A DNA stretch of 64,000 nt from Octopus sinensis. Lineage: Eukaryota. Both the position numbers and the translations under genes were made by a program. How positions within the stretch are numbered: position 1 is the stretch's first letter; every line of letters starts with the position of its first letter. The notes under the pieces were generated by a model. That model searched no databases. It worked only from the letters and a program-made list of their open reading frames with translations, and was not told where the DNA came from. The stretch spans positions 53,134,001 to 53,198,000 of the forward strand of contig NC_043008.1 of NCBI RefSeq assembly GCF_006345805.1, written 5' to 3'. Shown here in pieces: positions 50,234 through 63,306 of this stretch.

Positions 50234-50515
50234 TATGTCATTGTCACCTCATTGTTATCATTTCTATGTCTGTTTTGTTTTTATTTTTTTCCATGCTGGC
50301 ATGGGTTTGCTGTGGCCTCTAAAGACCATATTCTATGGCCAGATGCTGTTCCAGGTTTCTAACCTGACTTGCTTTCAAGTAACGCACTTTATTTCTGTGG
50401 GCTTCACACTTTAAATTGCCAAACTGTAGGACCTAGTCGAGTGGCACTTCAACCTGTGTTGTGGCATTGATGCAAAGACATGCAGAGATAAACATGCTTA
50501 CACACATACATACAT

Positions 50516-50548
<33 letters not shown>

Positions 50549-50633
50549 TTGCCTAAATACCAATCTTGAGAAATTAGGTTTCACAAAACCAGAAAGGTTT
50601 CTCTCTCTCTCTCTCTTTCTCTCTCTTCCTTTA

Positions 50634-50665
<32 letters not shown>

Positions 50666-53600
50666 TCTCACTCACTTCCCACTTTTAATTCTCTCCTTCC
50701 TTCAACTCTGTCTCTCACCAAGTTATTTTACAATATTTCTCTGATGCTACATGTTGCTACATGTCAGAGAAATCAATTTTAAACATGAAATTGGACCCTA
50801 AATGTATTTTGTGTTGCTTGTTTTATTTGTTTTGTTTCAGTCTTTTTGTTTTTGCTTATATATATATATATATATATTTATACAAAACTATTTTCCACAG
50901 TTAAAGATAATGGAATTCTGTGTAGGCATATCTGCTTTCCGCAGTAAAAGGGTTTCCTTTACATTATTCTGGAATTGGTGCTACATGTTTTATTGAGACT
51001 TTTGCTACAAGAATTTCAAATTTCAAACTTCATTTTATTCTTTAAACTTTTTTAAATTAGCGCTACGTAGTTTTGGTATTGGTTCTACATGTTTCCAAAT
51101 TGGCTGAATGTTTTTTTTTACAAATGTGGCGCTACATGTTTTAGGATCAATCCTCCATGTCATTTTTGTTTTTTGTTTTTTTTTCAATTTTCAATGCTCC
51201 TCCATGTGTTTTGAAATTAATTACTGTAAGTTATTACCTCTAGCAACTGCATGAAACATACATTGCCCATGTAAGAGATATTTTAACATGATGGATTATT
51301 TTGGCAAGGAAATTTTGCATGTGAATTTATTTGTCTGTTTGATTGTTTTTATCCAATTATTGCCATACAAACAGATCGCATGCTGTTGATTAAAATAGAT
51401 CAATAGATCAGTTTGATTTTTAATTGATTGTTCACCTGGTCTTGTTCCTTGGTCATGCCTGTTCCTTTATCTGTTTTTCAAACCTCTTTATTTCATTATA
51501 GCTAGGAATAATTTGCTTGTTGATGATGCTGTTGTTGTTATTGTTACCTGATTCATGATTAGCCTCGATCAAATAAACATGATGGAATAAACCCACATGT
51601 TTATCCATTGGAATGATGATGACCATGTAGTCATCCTGGAAATGACAGGTGACTTGGGCAATGACTTTGTTTCAATCACAACTATCTACAACCCAGGGGC
51701 AAGACTAGGTCTAGATGACCGGGGATTGAAACAGAGGCAGTGGATGACCAAGATGTCATACTTGCCACATGTTGCTCTTTGCAATCCACAGTGCATTTCT
51801 GCAGCTGTCTTTTCCTCTATTGAACCATGAAGGTTTCTTTTACAGAGTCCACTGGACCCACTCTTCACATGCATAGGTAGGCAAGAGCTACATACCTGTT
51901 GGCTGCCTTTAATTGGTTTAGCCTCTTAGAGAAAGTGGTTTATCGGAGTGTGGCCACTGTTGCATGCAGATAGCTTCTTGGAGTTACAGGTGAGAGTCGG
52001 GTACCAAGTGGAGACCAAAGTGGACCAACTACCCCTAAGAATATGATGTGATACTGCATCAAACATGCTACATTTCCCTGTTGCCCTATGCAATATAGAA
52101 TATTCAGAACTATAATATGTTAAGTGACCCTTATTTCTTTTTAAGAGTACAATATGTAATTTGAGAAAGAATTTTCTGCTGTTTATTTTTTGTTTGTTAT
52201 TTTACTCCAAGTCAGCCATTATTGAGTACAATTATAATTAAAGGCATTCCGTCCATGACCATTTCATTTATATTCAAACTCATTGTACCTAGAATGATCT
52301 CATTTCATGTAATATTATTTTTAAAGCCAGTGGGATGCAATTAAAGTGAAATTTGGCTACTATTTCTTGCAGGTCAAGTGATCACATAAAAGTTCTTATA
52401 TTGATTGATTTATAGATATTGTTGGATGGTTCCAGGTAGATTTATTCATACACATGCATATATATACATACATGGAATGTAAAAAACACCCACTGCACTC
52501 TTGGAGTGGTTGGCACTAGGGGGGAGGGGGCATCCAGCTGTAGAAACCTTGCCAAATCAGACTGGAACCTGGTGCAGCTCCCTGGCTTATCAGTTTTCAG
52601 TTAAACTATCCAAACCATCCCAGCATGAAAAGTGGACATTAAATTATGACAAAACGATGATGATGATATGTGTGTGTGTGTGTGTGTGTATCAGATCTTT
52701 ATTTGTTAATTCTTAAGCTACATAAGTGACTCAATGGCATAGAGTTACATGAGAAAATGGGAAACTCTATGCCTTGTTTTGTTGCTGTACTCTATTTTAT
52801 GTATTGAGTTCTATTTCTCCTATTTGCATTACAAAACTTATGTATGTGTATATTTCTCAGTGTGTGTGTGTGTGTGTGTATGTGTGTATCTATTTACAGA
52901 TATATTTCAATGTACACACAACCAGTCCATAAATCACTTCCCCTGACATACAAACAACATGTCTGTCAAATTTATTGTCAACAATTTATAAACCACGATT
53001 TTAGTATTTTTCTTTCATTTTTGATAGATGAGATGTACTTAGTTTCGTCCAAACTTCATATTTCACACAAAATAAAATTCTTTAACAAACACTCAAAACA
53101 TCCACAATTATACCGACTGCAAATGTTATTCTTCAATGGACAATTTATTTCTACTAACCACACTGTCTCTTTCCGTCTCTCTCATTCTCTAAAAAAATTA
53201 AATCTAATAAAACGACGATATGAAGATGATTTGTTATTATCCTAGAAAGCTATAACATATTTGCCAAAGTTTTTCTTCTTTTATCTCATTTCCAAGAATC
53301 ACCGTCCCCTGTTAATAAAATCTTTTGCAAATCTTTTTTAATCCAATTTCATGCAACTCTTTCCTTGGAAGATTAAATTCTTTGAAAAGCTACTCCATCA
53401 TTTATAAAATTTGATTAATTTGATATATCATAAAATATTTTTAATTCTGTTTAATTGTCACGAAGATTAAAGTGAAAAAAGATTGATTTCAATTTTATAT
53501 TCCGTATTTTTAACAGAAACCAATAATTTACGATTATATAGGTGTCACCTGGGTTTTTTTATTTAACACAACACGATAATGCTTACCTGACAAAATACAT

Positions 53601-54029
53601 CTTTGAAGATATAATTAAAAAAGGTAAAAAAAAAACAGGCTCCGAAGAATCTTGTGATTGTTAGCATCAAAATGACAAAATATTGAATAAAACTGAAGAA
53701 ATATTTTAAAATCTCGTGTTGTAGGAAGTAGTGATTTATAATGCCTTGTTCAGAGTTTTAATAACAAAAGTACTTTTAGTATTTAGGTTACAAAAAATGA
53801 CTAAATTTATTAACATATTTGCTCCAGCACTTTAAATTTAAAAAAAATATTCTCTGTGCAATCCAGTGAACACCATGGGAGCAGCATTAAATTAAAATAG
53901 CTAACTGTGTATCATAATTAATGTATATACGCTGTGCCTTGGACGTCTTCAACTATAATTTGAGGCTGACCTTTGAGGACAGAATTTGGCAGATGAAAAT
54001 AGAAATTCTCACACACACACATATATATA

Positions 54030-54420
54030 TATTATATAAAATCGTTCTGTCTGTCTGTGTGTGTGTCTTCTAGGATCTCGGGCATCCTCCATCCAATTGC
54101 GCTCAAATTTGATATGTAGACACCGACAGTATCAGGACGTGTATAAGTCTTGAAAAAATTACAAAAGTCGATTCCAAGTGAGAATGTGATCGATAAAGCT
54201 GTGGGAACGTGCATTTGTATGCGCAAGTACATCAGCTGTTGCGATTAATACTACATGTACACAAGAAAAATGCACATGCAGTTTGCGCAAAAAAAGCCGG
54301 CTGGCTTGAAATAATGCCACAAAATGGGACAGTCACACAAGTTGTTTTGAGAAAATTTGGTTTAAATGTTTCACAACTCAGCACCAACCATTGGACGGTG
54401 GGGGGGGGCGTTTTGCTTGT
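54030..54420 (+). mobile_element. Probable non-autonomous Helitron (second family, diverged ends)
   Basis: TATATAAAATCG..GTCTGTCTGT...CTCAAATTTGATATGTAG 5' architecture like 39075; ends TTTGCTTG|T before a TA tract; CpG-rich. Confidence 0.5.
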
Positions 54421-54953
54421 ATATATATATATATGCATGTATGTATATATGTATGTATGTGTCTCTATGTATGTGTGTGGATGTATGTATGTATGTATGT
54501 GTGTGTATGTCTGTGTGTATATGTATGTATGTATGTATCAACCAGAGTACCAAATGCTTTTATACACCACTGGTCACAATGCGATTCCTTTCAATGTTGT
54601 AGCTTTCAATGTATGCCATCTCACTGGCTAGGTGAGCAGACAAACATTCCCACTGAATGGTGTAGGCTGGAGCAACATATGGCCAGTCTGGTAATTGAAA
54701 CCACAATCTTTCTATTACAGCTGCAATACCATAACCACTGAGCCATTAAACCATACACCTTCTTCACAGAAGTGTGATGAAAAAATTCTGGCCAAAATAC
54801 AATTAATATATAATAAAGATGAAGCAAATGAACACCAAATATATAGTGAATTAGCTAAACTAGTAACATGACCATCCCAAAATACAATATATGTGTGTGT
54901 GTGTGTGTGTACGTACATATATATAATTGTGTGTGTATATATATATATCTATA

Positions 54954-55174
54954 TGGGGAGAGTCATTCTCTTTTAGTGCCTTATAATTTAACACACTCAC
55001 CGGTAAAATTTCCACTCACTTACTTATTAATTTTTCTAGTCATTGACTCTGTCCATAATTCAAGCTTCGATAACTAAAAGAGAATGACTCTCCCCAGACA
55101 CAAAAGAATATGCTTCAACACTCGAACTCACATAAAAAACCTTGCAAACCAAATCCAAAAGTAAAATACCTATG
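54954..55174. mobile_element. Element with perfect 24-bp inverted repeat plus coding tail
   Basis: TGGGGAGAGTCATTCTCTTTTAGT (54954-54977) / ACTAAAAGAGAATGACTCTCCCCA (55073-55096); no TSD; tail encodes FNTRTHIKNLANQIQK. Confidence 0.75.
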
Positions 55175-55192
55175 TTTATATATGTATGTATG

Positions 55193-55239
<47 letters not shown>

Positions 55240-55347
55240 AATTCTATTCTTCACCAAGTGTCACATATTAGAAGAGGCTCTTAGTAATAACAGTGTAGCA
55301 AAACAGCGGTGCATCAGAATGGTCGCAGCTCTGAGGTGAAACTAGAG

Positions 55348-55413
<66 letters not shown>

Positions 55414-55484
55414 AGTGTATTTATATTTATATATAATATATGTGTATATATATATAATTGTGTGTATGTATTATACATATTCAA

Positions 55485-55523
<39 letters not shown>

Positions 55524-55529
55524 CATACA

Positions 55530-55780
55530 TCATCATCATCATCATCATCGTTTAACGTCCGCTTTCCATGCTAGCATGGGTTGGACGGTTCAACTGGGGT
55601 CTGGCAAGCCCGAAGGCTGCACCAGGCCAGTCAGATATGGCAGTGTTTCTACAGCTGGATGCCCTTCCTAACGCCAACCACTCCAAGAGTGTAGTGGGTG
55701 ATTTTATGTGCCACCGACACAGGTGCCAGACGAGGCTGGCAGACGGCCACGCTCGGATGGTGTTTTTTTATGTGCCACTA
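55530..55780 (-). mobile_element. RTE LINE 3' UTR fragment (family B)
   Basis: CATCATCGTTTAACGTCCGCTTTCCATGCTAGCATGGGTTGGACGG...; further copies near 52480-52665, 57555-57665 and 58000-58200. Confidence 0.85.
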
Positions 55781-55852
55781 TAAATATATATATATATATA
55801 TATACATATATATACATATATATACATATATATATATCTATGTGTGTGCATT

Positions 55853-55911
<59 letters not shown>

Positions 55912-56552
55912 GCATACACAGAGAGAGAAACAGTGAGAGAAAGCGAGCATATGGTTTAAGCCATTAGCTGTGTGTAGAGTTGATGGATATTTTTGCTGTT
56001 AGTGACACATAAATTACCGTCTTTATTGTGGACAGGCTGTTGGCATTAATATTGCTTCACAGAACGAGAAGTGATATAGTCAGAAATTATTGGAATCCAG
56101 AATGTGTGTGTGTGTGTGTATGATTGCCTGTTGGCATATGTATCAATTTCTGTCTGTATATCAGTGTATGCATGCGTGTATTTATGCATATGTATGCTTG
56201 TATGTATGTATGTATGTATGTATGAATGAATGTATGTATGTATTTATGTATGTATGTATGTATGTATGTATGTATGTATGTGTGTATTATGTATGTGTAT
56301 ATGTACGTATGTATATATGTGTATGTATGTTTGTGTGTTTGTATTATGTATGTATGGATGCATGTATGTATGTATGTATGTATGTATGTATATGTGTGTA
56401 TGTATGTATGTATGTATGTATGTATGTATGTATGTATGTATGTATGTATGATTGTGTGTTTGTATGTATATATGTATTCATGTGTGTGTGTAAATATGTG
56501 TGTATGTATGTTTGTGTGTTTATGTATGTATGTATACATGTATGTATGATTG

Positions 56553-56610
<58 letters not shown>

Positions 56611-56789
56611 CATATATATATATATATATAATACACATATATATATATAATATATATATTATATATATATATATATATACATAAATATATATTATATATC
56701 TATAAACACATATAGATAAATGGATAGACAGATATACATATGTATGTGTGTGTGTATGTCCATATATATATATATAATATATATATTAT

Positions 56790-56834
<45 letters not shown>

Positions 56835-58459
56835 GCGCTTGTGTTTGTAAGTATTATGTATATATATATATACAAATATATGTATATATGTATATCTATT
56901 TGTCCGTATGTCTCGTGGTATTGATCTAGCCATAATATATATCCAATGTGCAGCGTATTATCTGTGTCTGTGCATGCATATGTTCACATGTATGCGTATG
57001 TATTCCTTTGTGCCTCTATGTGTGTCTATATGTATGTATATTCCTCTAAGTGTGTGTCTAGGTCTGTGTGTATTCCTGTAAGTCTGTCTTCCTATTTCAG
57101 TGTATATGTGCACACATACTCTGAGTCCTCAAGCATTTGCATGTGTATGTGTGTGTGTGTGTGTGTGTGTGTATCTGTCTGCCTGTCTGTCTGTTTGTCG
57201 TTGATCTAGTTACTATAGCAACTTCTGCAGAATTCTCTCTGTTCCATACTCTCCCATGAAGTTGCGCTACAAAACCTGAGCCAGCTGCTAAAACTGAGTT
57301 TCACACCATACTTAGATGTTGAACCTTATCTTGTTCTTGCTAAGTTATGACACAAGAGAGCTTAACATAAAAGGGAGATAACAAAGCTAGCCTAGAAGGT
57401 AAGTGGTTGGTTTGGTGAAGCTACCAGGAAAATGTCCTTTTTCCATATCATCTATCACTATCATCGTCATCATTTTAATACTTTCTTTTCGCTTCTATGC
57501 GTGTGTGTGTATGTGTATGTGTGTGTGTGTATAAATATATTCTCTTTTCCTTGTTTCAGTCAGATTGGAGCCTAATCCAGCCTCCTGGCTTTCAAATCCT
57601 CAGTCAAACCATCCAACCCATGCCAGCATGGAAAGCAGAAGTTATATGATGAGGATGATGATGATGTGTGTATGTATGTATGTATGTATGTATGTATGTA
57701 TGTATGTATGTATCTATAATACCAAGATATATCAGGACACAAATCTTTTGTGCTTTCAATTCTGGACAGGCAATGCATTATTTTCTGAGCAAAACATTTC
57801 ATTTCACGTTGCTCCAGTCCATTCAGCTGGCAAAAATTAGTAACGCTGCAATGGACTGGCGTCCTGTCCAGTTGGTGGATATATATATATATATATACCT
57901 CAAGAAACAAAAACCTTACTCTTATGAGTTCACACACACATACACACACACATATACTCATACATAGATATACAAACACACACAACATCACTGTCATCAA
58001 TCATCATCATTTAACATCCACTTTCCCTACTGGTATGAGTTGGACGTTTTGACAAGAGCTGACAAGCCAGAGGGCTGTACCAAGTGCTATTGTCTATTTT
58101 GGCATGGTTTTTATGGCTGGGTTCCTTTCCTATTTCCAACCACTTTACAGTATGTACTGGATGTCTTTTTTCATGACATCAGCAGTGGTGGGGGTCACCA
58201 AGTAAATTGCAGGACAAGAGAAAGATTCCTTGACTGGGAGTTGGGTGTAAGTATTGAGGAACAGGCTTCCAGTCTCCATTAAGCAAATTTGCTCACAAAG
58301 CTTTGGTCAACCTTCAAAATAATCCATTATTTGTGAAATAGTCCAAGATATATTATGCCTGCAGAAAGAAAGATAACCTGGTTTCCACTGGACATAGGTC
58401 TGCCCCCATAATAGCAGAACTGGACTTAAATAACACCACCAACAACAACAGCAACAACA

Positions 58460-58850
58460 GCAGTGGAGGTGCAATGGCCCAATGGTTAGGGCAGCAGACT
58501 CATGGGCGGAGGATTGCGGTTTCGATTTCCAGACCGGGCGTTGTGAGGGTTTATTGAACAAAAACACCTAAAACTCCATGAGGCTCCGACAAGGGGTGGT
58601 GGTGACCCCTGTTGCACTCTTTCGCTCCAACTTTCTCTCACTCTTTCTTCCTGTTTCTTGTCCCCGATTTCCTATGCAACCGCTGAGCCTGGATGCGCAT
58701 TCGTCCATCCGTCGATGCTGTCGGTGTCGGGGGTTGACCTGCTTTCTCTTCTGCGGGTCTTACGAATAGCAAAGGACCACGTTTCGGACTTCTCCCATCT
58801 TGCGAGCTCTGGGATGAAGAACATTCACTCAACAACAGCAACAGCAACAG
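58460..58850 (+). mobile_element. SINE family D-like head with a different, CpG-rich 3' part
   Basis: GCAATGGCCCAATGGTTAGGGCAGCAGACTC...GGTTTCGATTTCC; diverges from 43318-43606 after about 190 bp. Confidence 0.65.
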
Positions 58851-59096
58851 CAGCAACAACTCATGCTTATAATCTTGTTATTGTGTTTCATTTAGTACAT
58901 AATGCATCAGAAATAGAAGAATCATTCCTCAAACGATTCTTTGCATTCTGGAATTAGGGAATATCTTAAAAGATAGTTTTAGCTTCAACATAATAACAAG
59001 ATAGAAGCTCCCTTAAGGCCATTGGGCCAATCTATCAGCCCACCAAAATCTTTGTACTGACAAGGAGAAAGGGTTGATTTGTTCAAGATTATTTAC

Positions 59097-59257
59097 ATCT
59101 TTCGTTGTCTGTTGAGATTGTAGGATTGCTTTAAGAGAATTTGAAAGTATTTCACTCTTAATGTTTTTGTATCTTGTAATCAATCGTATCAACACATTAA
59201 TGAGTTCCCCAAAGAAAGAAAACATCAAAAAACAAGGCTTCTTCTCCAAAGGATTAG
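59097..59257 (-). CDS. Candidate coding exon, product unknown
   Basis: Acceptor TTTTCCTCTCTTTGATACACAG, open frame NPLEKKPCFLMFSFFGELINVLIRLITRYKNIKSEILSNSLKAILQSQQTTKD, donor GAT|GTAAAT; frame stays open about 80 codons. No recognisable domain. Confidence 0.25.
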
Positions 59258-59305
59258 CTGTGTATCAAAGAGAGGAAAACTACAGTCTAATCTAATTAGG
59301 TTGAT

Positions 59306-59347
<42 letters not shown>

Positions 59348-59515
59348 GGTTTGAAGTGTATGTTTTATAGTTATATAGATATATATATTTATACATGTGT
59401 GTGTGTTATATATATATATATATATATATATATGCATATGTGTATTACATATATATATATATATCATATACACATATATATATATGCATACCTATATATA
59501 CATATTACATATATA

Positions 59516-59555
<40 letters not shown>

Positions 59556-59598
59556 TATATATATCATATATACATATATATATTATACATTACATATG

Positions 59599-59649
<51 letters not shown>

Positions 59650-59999
59650 GTATAGTTATGCATACACAAAGACACAAAGATGTACATGCGCGCACACACA
59701 CACACACACACAATGTAATATACATTTATGTGTATGTGACTGTGCCTGCTTTTGTGTGTTTGTATTTGCCATGAGTTTATAAACTAGTAGACACAACCTC
59801 GAATTCGAACTAATAAATGAGCATTAGAAGATGACATACTTAAAAGTGGATCACAGTATTAACAGACTCATAGGTAGAGCTTAAACTATAGTATTTGTGG
59901 AACAATATGTAGTACTAAAGCATATCTTTTGACAGATAAACTATAGTATTTGTGGAACCATATGTAGTATTAAAACTCACCTTTTAACAGCTAAACTAT

Positions 60000-60135
60000 A
60001 TTTGTGGAGCCATACGTAGCATTAAAACATATCTTTTGTTACAAGGATGCAAACACATCGATATCGGTTATCAAGCGATAGTGGAGGGGACAAACTCAGA
60101 CACACCAACATATACATACACACACACACACACAC

Positions 60136-60196
<61 letters not shown>

Positions 60197-60325
60197 CAAC
60201 AGGTTTCTTTCAGTTTCTGTCTACCAAATCCACTCACAAGGCTTTGGTCGACTTGAGGCTATAGTAGAAGGTGCCATGCAGTGGGACCGAACCTGGAACT
60301 ATGTGGTTGGTAAGCAAACTACTTA
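60000..60325 (-). mobile_element. SINE family A, partial
   Basis: Head and internal CA/TA tract; 3' half truncated. Confidence 0.8.
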
Positions 60326-60968
60326 AATGGTTGAAATATCTTTTATGCTTCATAATTGCTAAAGTACTAACATACAGCCTCAGTTCAAGCTACTTACCAA
60401 TCTAACAAGTAGGTAGGTCTTTATGACAGAAAAATCTTTGTCATAAAGAAAATTTGTCAATTAATCTTAAGAAGCCAGAATTCAGTAAATAACTGCAACA
60501 CAAAAACGGATAACATTTGAGGAAAATTTTTCCAAAAACCAGAGATAGGAATTTTGCCTAAAAGTAATGGGAATATCAATTAGGTTAACGAATAATGAAA
60601 GATACCTTGAGATAGTACTGAATAACTACTTCAGATATTAAAAGACTTAAAGTGTTCCTGTAAGACATTGTAATAAGACATTATACTGAAATGAACTGGA
60701 ACTGTTTAACTTGTTATCAACAACTTTTGGTGACTTACAACAGGATAAGCAGCCAGATAAGACTCTTACCAAACCACCCCCAGGGAGAAAAACTATCTCA
60801 CACACCACACACACACACTACACACATATATGTGTACACCAGCATGCGCTACGCACATAATTGTATTTATGTATATTTTTATGTGTGTGCGTATATTTAT
60901 GTATGGTATGTATATATTTATCTATATATATGTTTGTATATATATGTATGCATAGCATATAAATGTAT

Positions 60969-61005
<37 letters not shown>

Positions 61006-61301
61006 AATATATATATATGTATATATGTATGTATGTATATATACACACATACATACATACATATATATATATATAATATATATATAATATATATATATGT
61101 ATGTATGTATGTGTGTATATATATATATATATAACCATTAGTGATGGAAGCCAGCCATATTAGTACCAAAGAGTAATCTTTATATCCAACTTAATGCGGG
61201 TTTCTTGTTAGAATGTCAAATACTGCAGTATTAGCACTGAGAAATCTTCTTATATAGGTGCATGGTATATAAAATCATCGACATTTATCATAGCAGACAC
61301 C

Positions 61302-61345
61302 TGCCACTGAGGAAGTCCAGTAGACTGAAATCCCATGAAATGGCA
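61302..61345 (+). ncRNA. Near-intact minimal HHR (U16.1 replaced by A)
   Basis: UGCCA-CUGAGGA-AGUC-CAGUA-GACU-GAAA-UCCCAUGAAA-UGGCA; perfect stems I (5 bp) and II (4 bp); inside a TA-flanked block about 61130-61505. Confidence 0.5.
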
Positions 61346-61608
61346 ACTTCAGAGCCCATAACAAATGATTCTATCTGTTTTATGGTCAGGTGTTTGCCGA
61401 CCTTATCTGGAACGCTAGGTGTGAAGGATGAACTTCAATAAAATAGATTTGGTCTCAAGCTGGAGTCATCAGCTACAAGTGATGTGGTGTAGATGAAAAG
61501 ATAAGATATATATATATATGTATATGTGTATATATATGTTTGTGTGTGTACATATATATATATTTATATATATATAAGCATACACACACACATATACATA
61601 TATTTATG

Positions 61609-61668
<60 letters not shown>

Positions 61669-61744
61669 ATATGGGAGTGCTGAAAAGATTTTGGCTTTGG
61701 GTAAAAGAGAATGCAGGAGGGTCAATTATTGTTTATCTTTCGTC

Positions 61745-62125
61745 TTTTAATTCTTTCAGTCATTGGACTGCAGCCTTGGAGAATTTTCAGTTGAATGTAT
61801 CAACCCCAGGAATTATTTTTATAAGCCTAGTGCTTACTCCATCGGTCCCTTTTGTCGAAACTGCTGAGTTACTGGGAGGTAAACATGCCAGCACCTGTTG
61901 TCAAGTGGCAGTGGGGACAACAAACACAGAAACCCACATACATTGATATAAATAGATATACATATATACGATGGACTTCTTTCAGTTTCTGTCCACCAAA
62001 TCCACTCACTAAGCTTTGGTTGGCCCAAGGCTGTACCAGAAGACACTTACTCATGATGTCACACAGAGGGACTGAACCTGGAACCATATGGTAGTAAAGC
62101 AAGTTTCTTACTACACAGCCTCACC
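61745..62125 (-). mobile_element. SINE family A, diverged
   Basis: TTTCAGTCATTGGACTGCAG...CTTCTTTCAGTTTCTGTCCACCAAATCCACTCAC...TACTACACAGCC. Confidence 0.8.
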
Positions 62126-62159
62126 TATGCCTTGAATGTTTTAATATAGATCTTTCATA

Positions 62160-62365
62160 TGGCGGTGAGCTAGCAGAAACATTAGCATGCCAGGCAAAAT
62201 CCTTAGCGATATTTCATCTGTCTTTACATTCTGAGTTCAAATTCTGCTGAGGTCGACTTTACCTTTCATCCTTTCGGGGTCAATAAATTAAGTATCAGTT
62301 GCATACTGGGATCAATCAAATCGACTATCTCCCTTCCTCAAAATTTTGGGCCTTGTGCCTAGAGT
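62160..62365 (+). mobile_element. SINE family C
   Basis: GGCGGTGAGCTAGCAGAAAC...GAGTTCAAATTC...CCTTTCATCCTTTCGGGGTCAATAAATTAAGTATCAG. Confidence 0.85.
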
Positions 62366-62439
62366 AAAAAAAAAAAAAGAATATAGATCTTTCATACTTC
62401 TTGATAAAAAATCTACAAACTGCAGTTCCTTCTCAAGCC

Positions 62440-62722
62440 AATCCTGGCTCATAGGGCCAGTTTCCCGGTTTCCTTGGCGTATAAGTTCCCCACTTGGATG
62501 GGATGCCGGTCTGTTGCAGGTGAGCTGCAAGATGCAGGAGGAAAGAGTGAGAGAAAGTTGTGGTGAAAGAGTCAGCAGAAGTTCGCTATTACCTTCTGCC
62601 AGAGCCACGTGGAGCCTAGGTGTTTCACTTATAAACGCACACATCGCCCAGTCTGAGATTCGAACCCATGATCCCTTGATCGTGAGTCCACTGCTCTAAC
62701 CACTAGGCCATGTGCCTCCACA
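62440..62722 (-). mobile_element. SINE family D
   Basis: Reverse complement of 43318-43606. Confidence 0.8.
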
Positions 62723-63273
62723 CAAATTGTAATAGTGTGGTAAAATATCTAAGTATTTCAAGAATAACACTAACAACTAAACAACTGTCACCCAGTCATT
62801 AAACAGGTCACAGATGTGTGGTGAAAATTGTGACACACCAAGAAATGTTTATTGTTTGTGAGAAGACAGGCTGTCTTCTGATTCTTCAGATAACCAGATA
62901 TTATTTGGTCGGTGGGCAAAGAGTTTTACCATCTTTGTCTCCGATTCGCAGCAAAGATCTTTCTCTGTAATGACATTTTCTTTGTCGTCATCCTATCATA
63001 ACAGAAATCCAGATGTAGATAATTACATGTAACAGAGCCAATAATAAAACCTGATAGCTTTTTCTTTCTGTTTTTCCTGGTGATTGCGAAAACCATTTCA
63101 CTGACACACCTATGAAACAGATCGTTTCATATCACTGTTATCATCATCATCCTCATCGTCGGCAGCAGCGGCAGCAGCAGCGGCAGCAGCAGCAGCAGCA
63201 GTAGTAACAGCAACAATAGCTTCATCATCATCATCATCATTTTCCTGTTCATCATCATTGTGATCCTCATCAC

Positions 63274-63306
<33 letters not shown>

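Noticed and set aside
51846-51989. 144-nt segment with acceptor and CAG|GTGAGA donor
   Set aside because: Stops in all three frames; surrounding sequence looks like an old LINE relic.
53586-53691. Minus-strand exon candidate (FIQYFVILML...)
   Set aside because: Good splice sites, but the frame depends on a 10-nt homopolymer and gives Phe-run composition typical of non-coding AT-rich DNA; left uncalled.
57231-57408. Exon candidate ending in perfect AAG|GTAAGT
   Set aside because: All three frames contain stops from the available acceptors.
58320-58345. MDYFEG resembling a mariner C-terminus
   Set aside because: No other transposase motif or TIR nearby.
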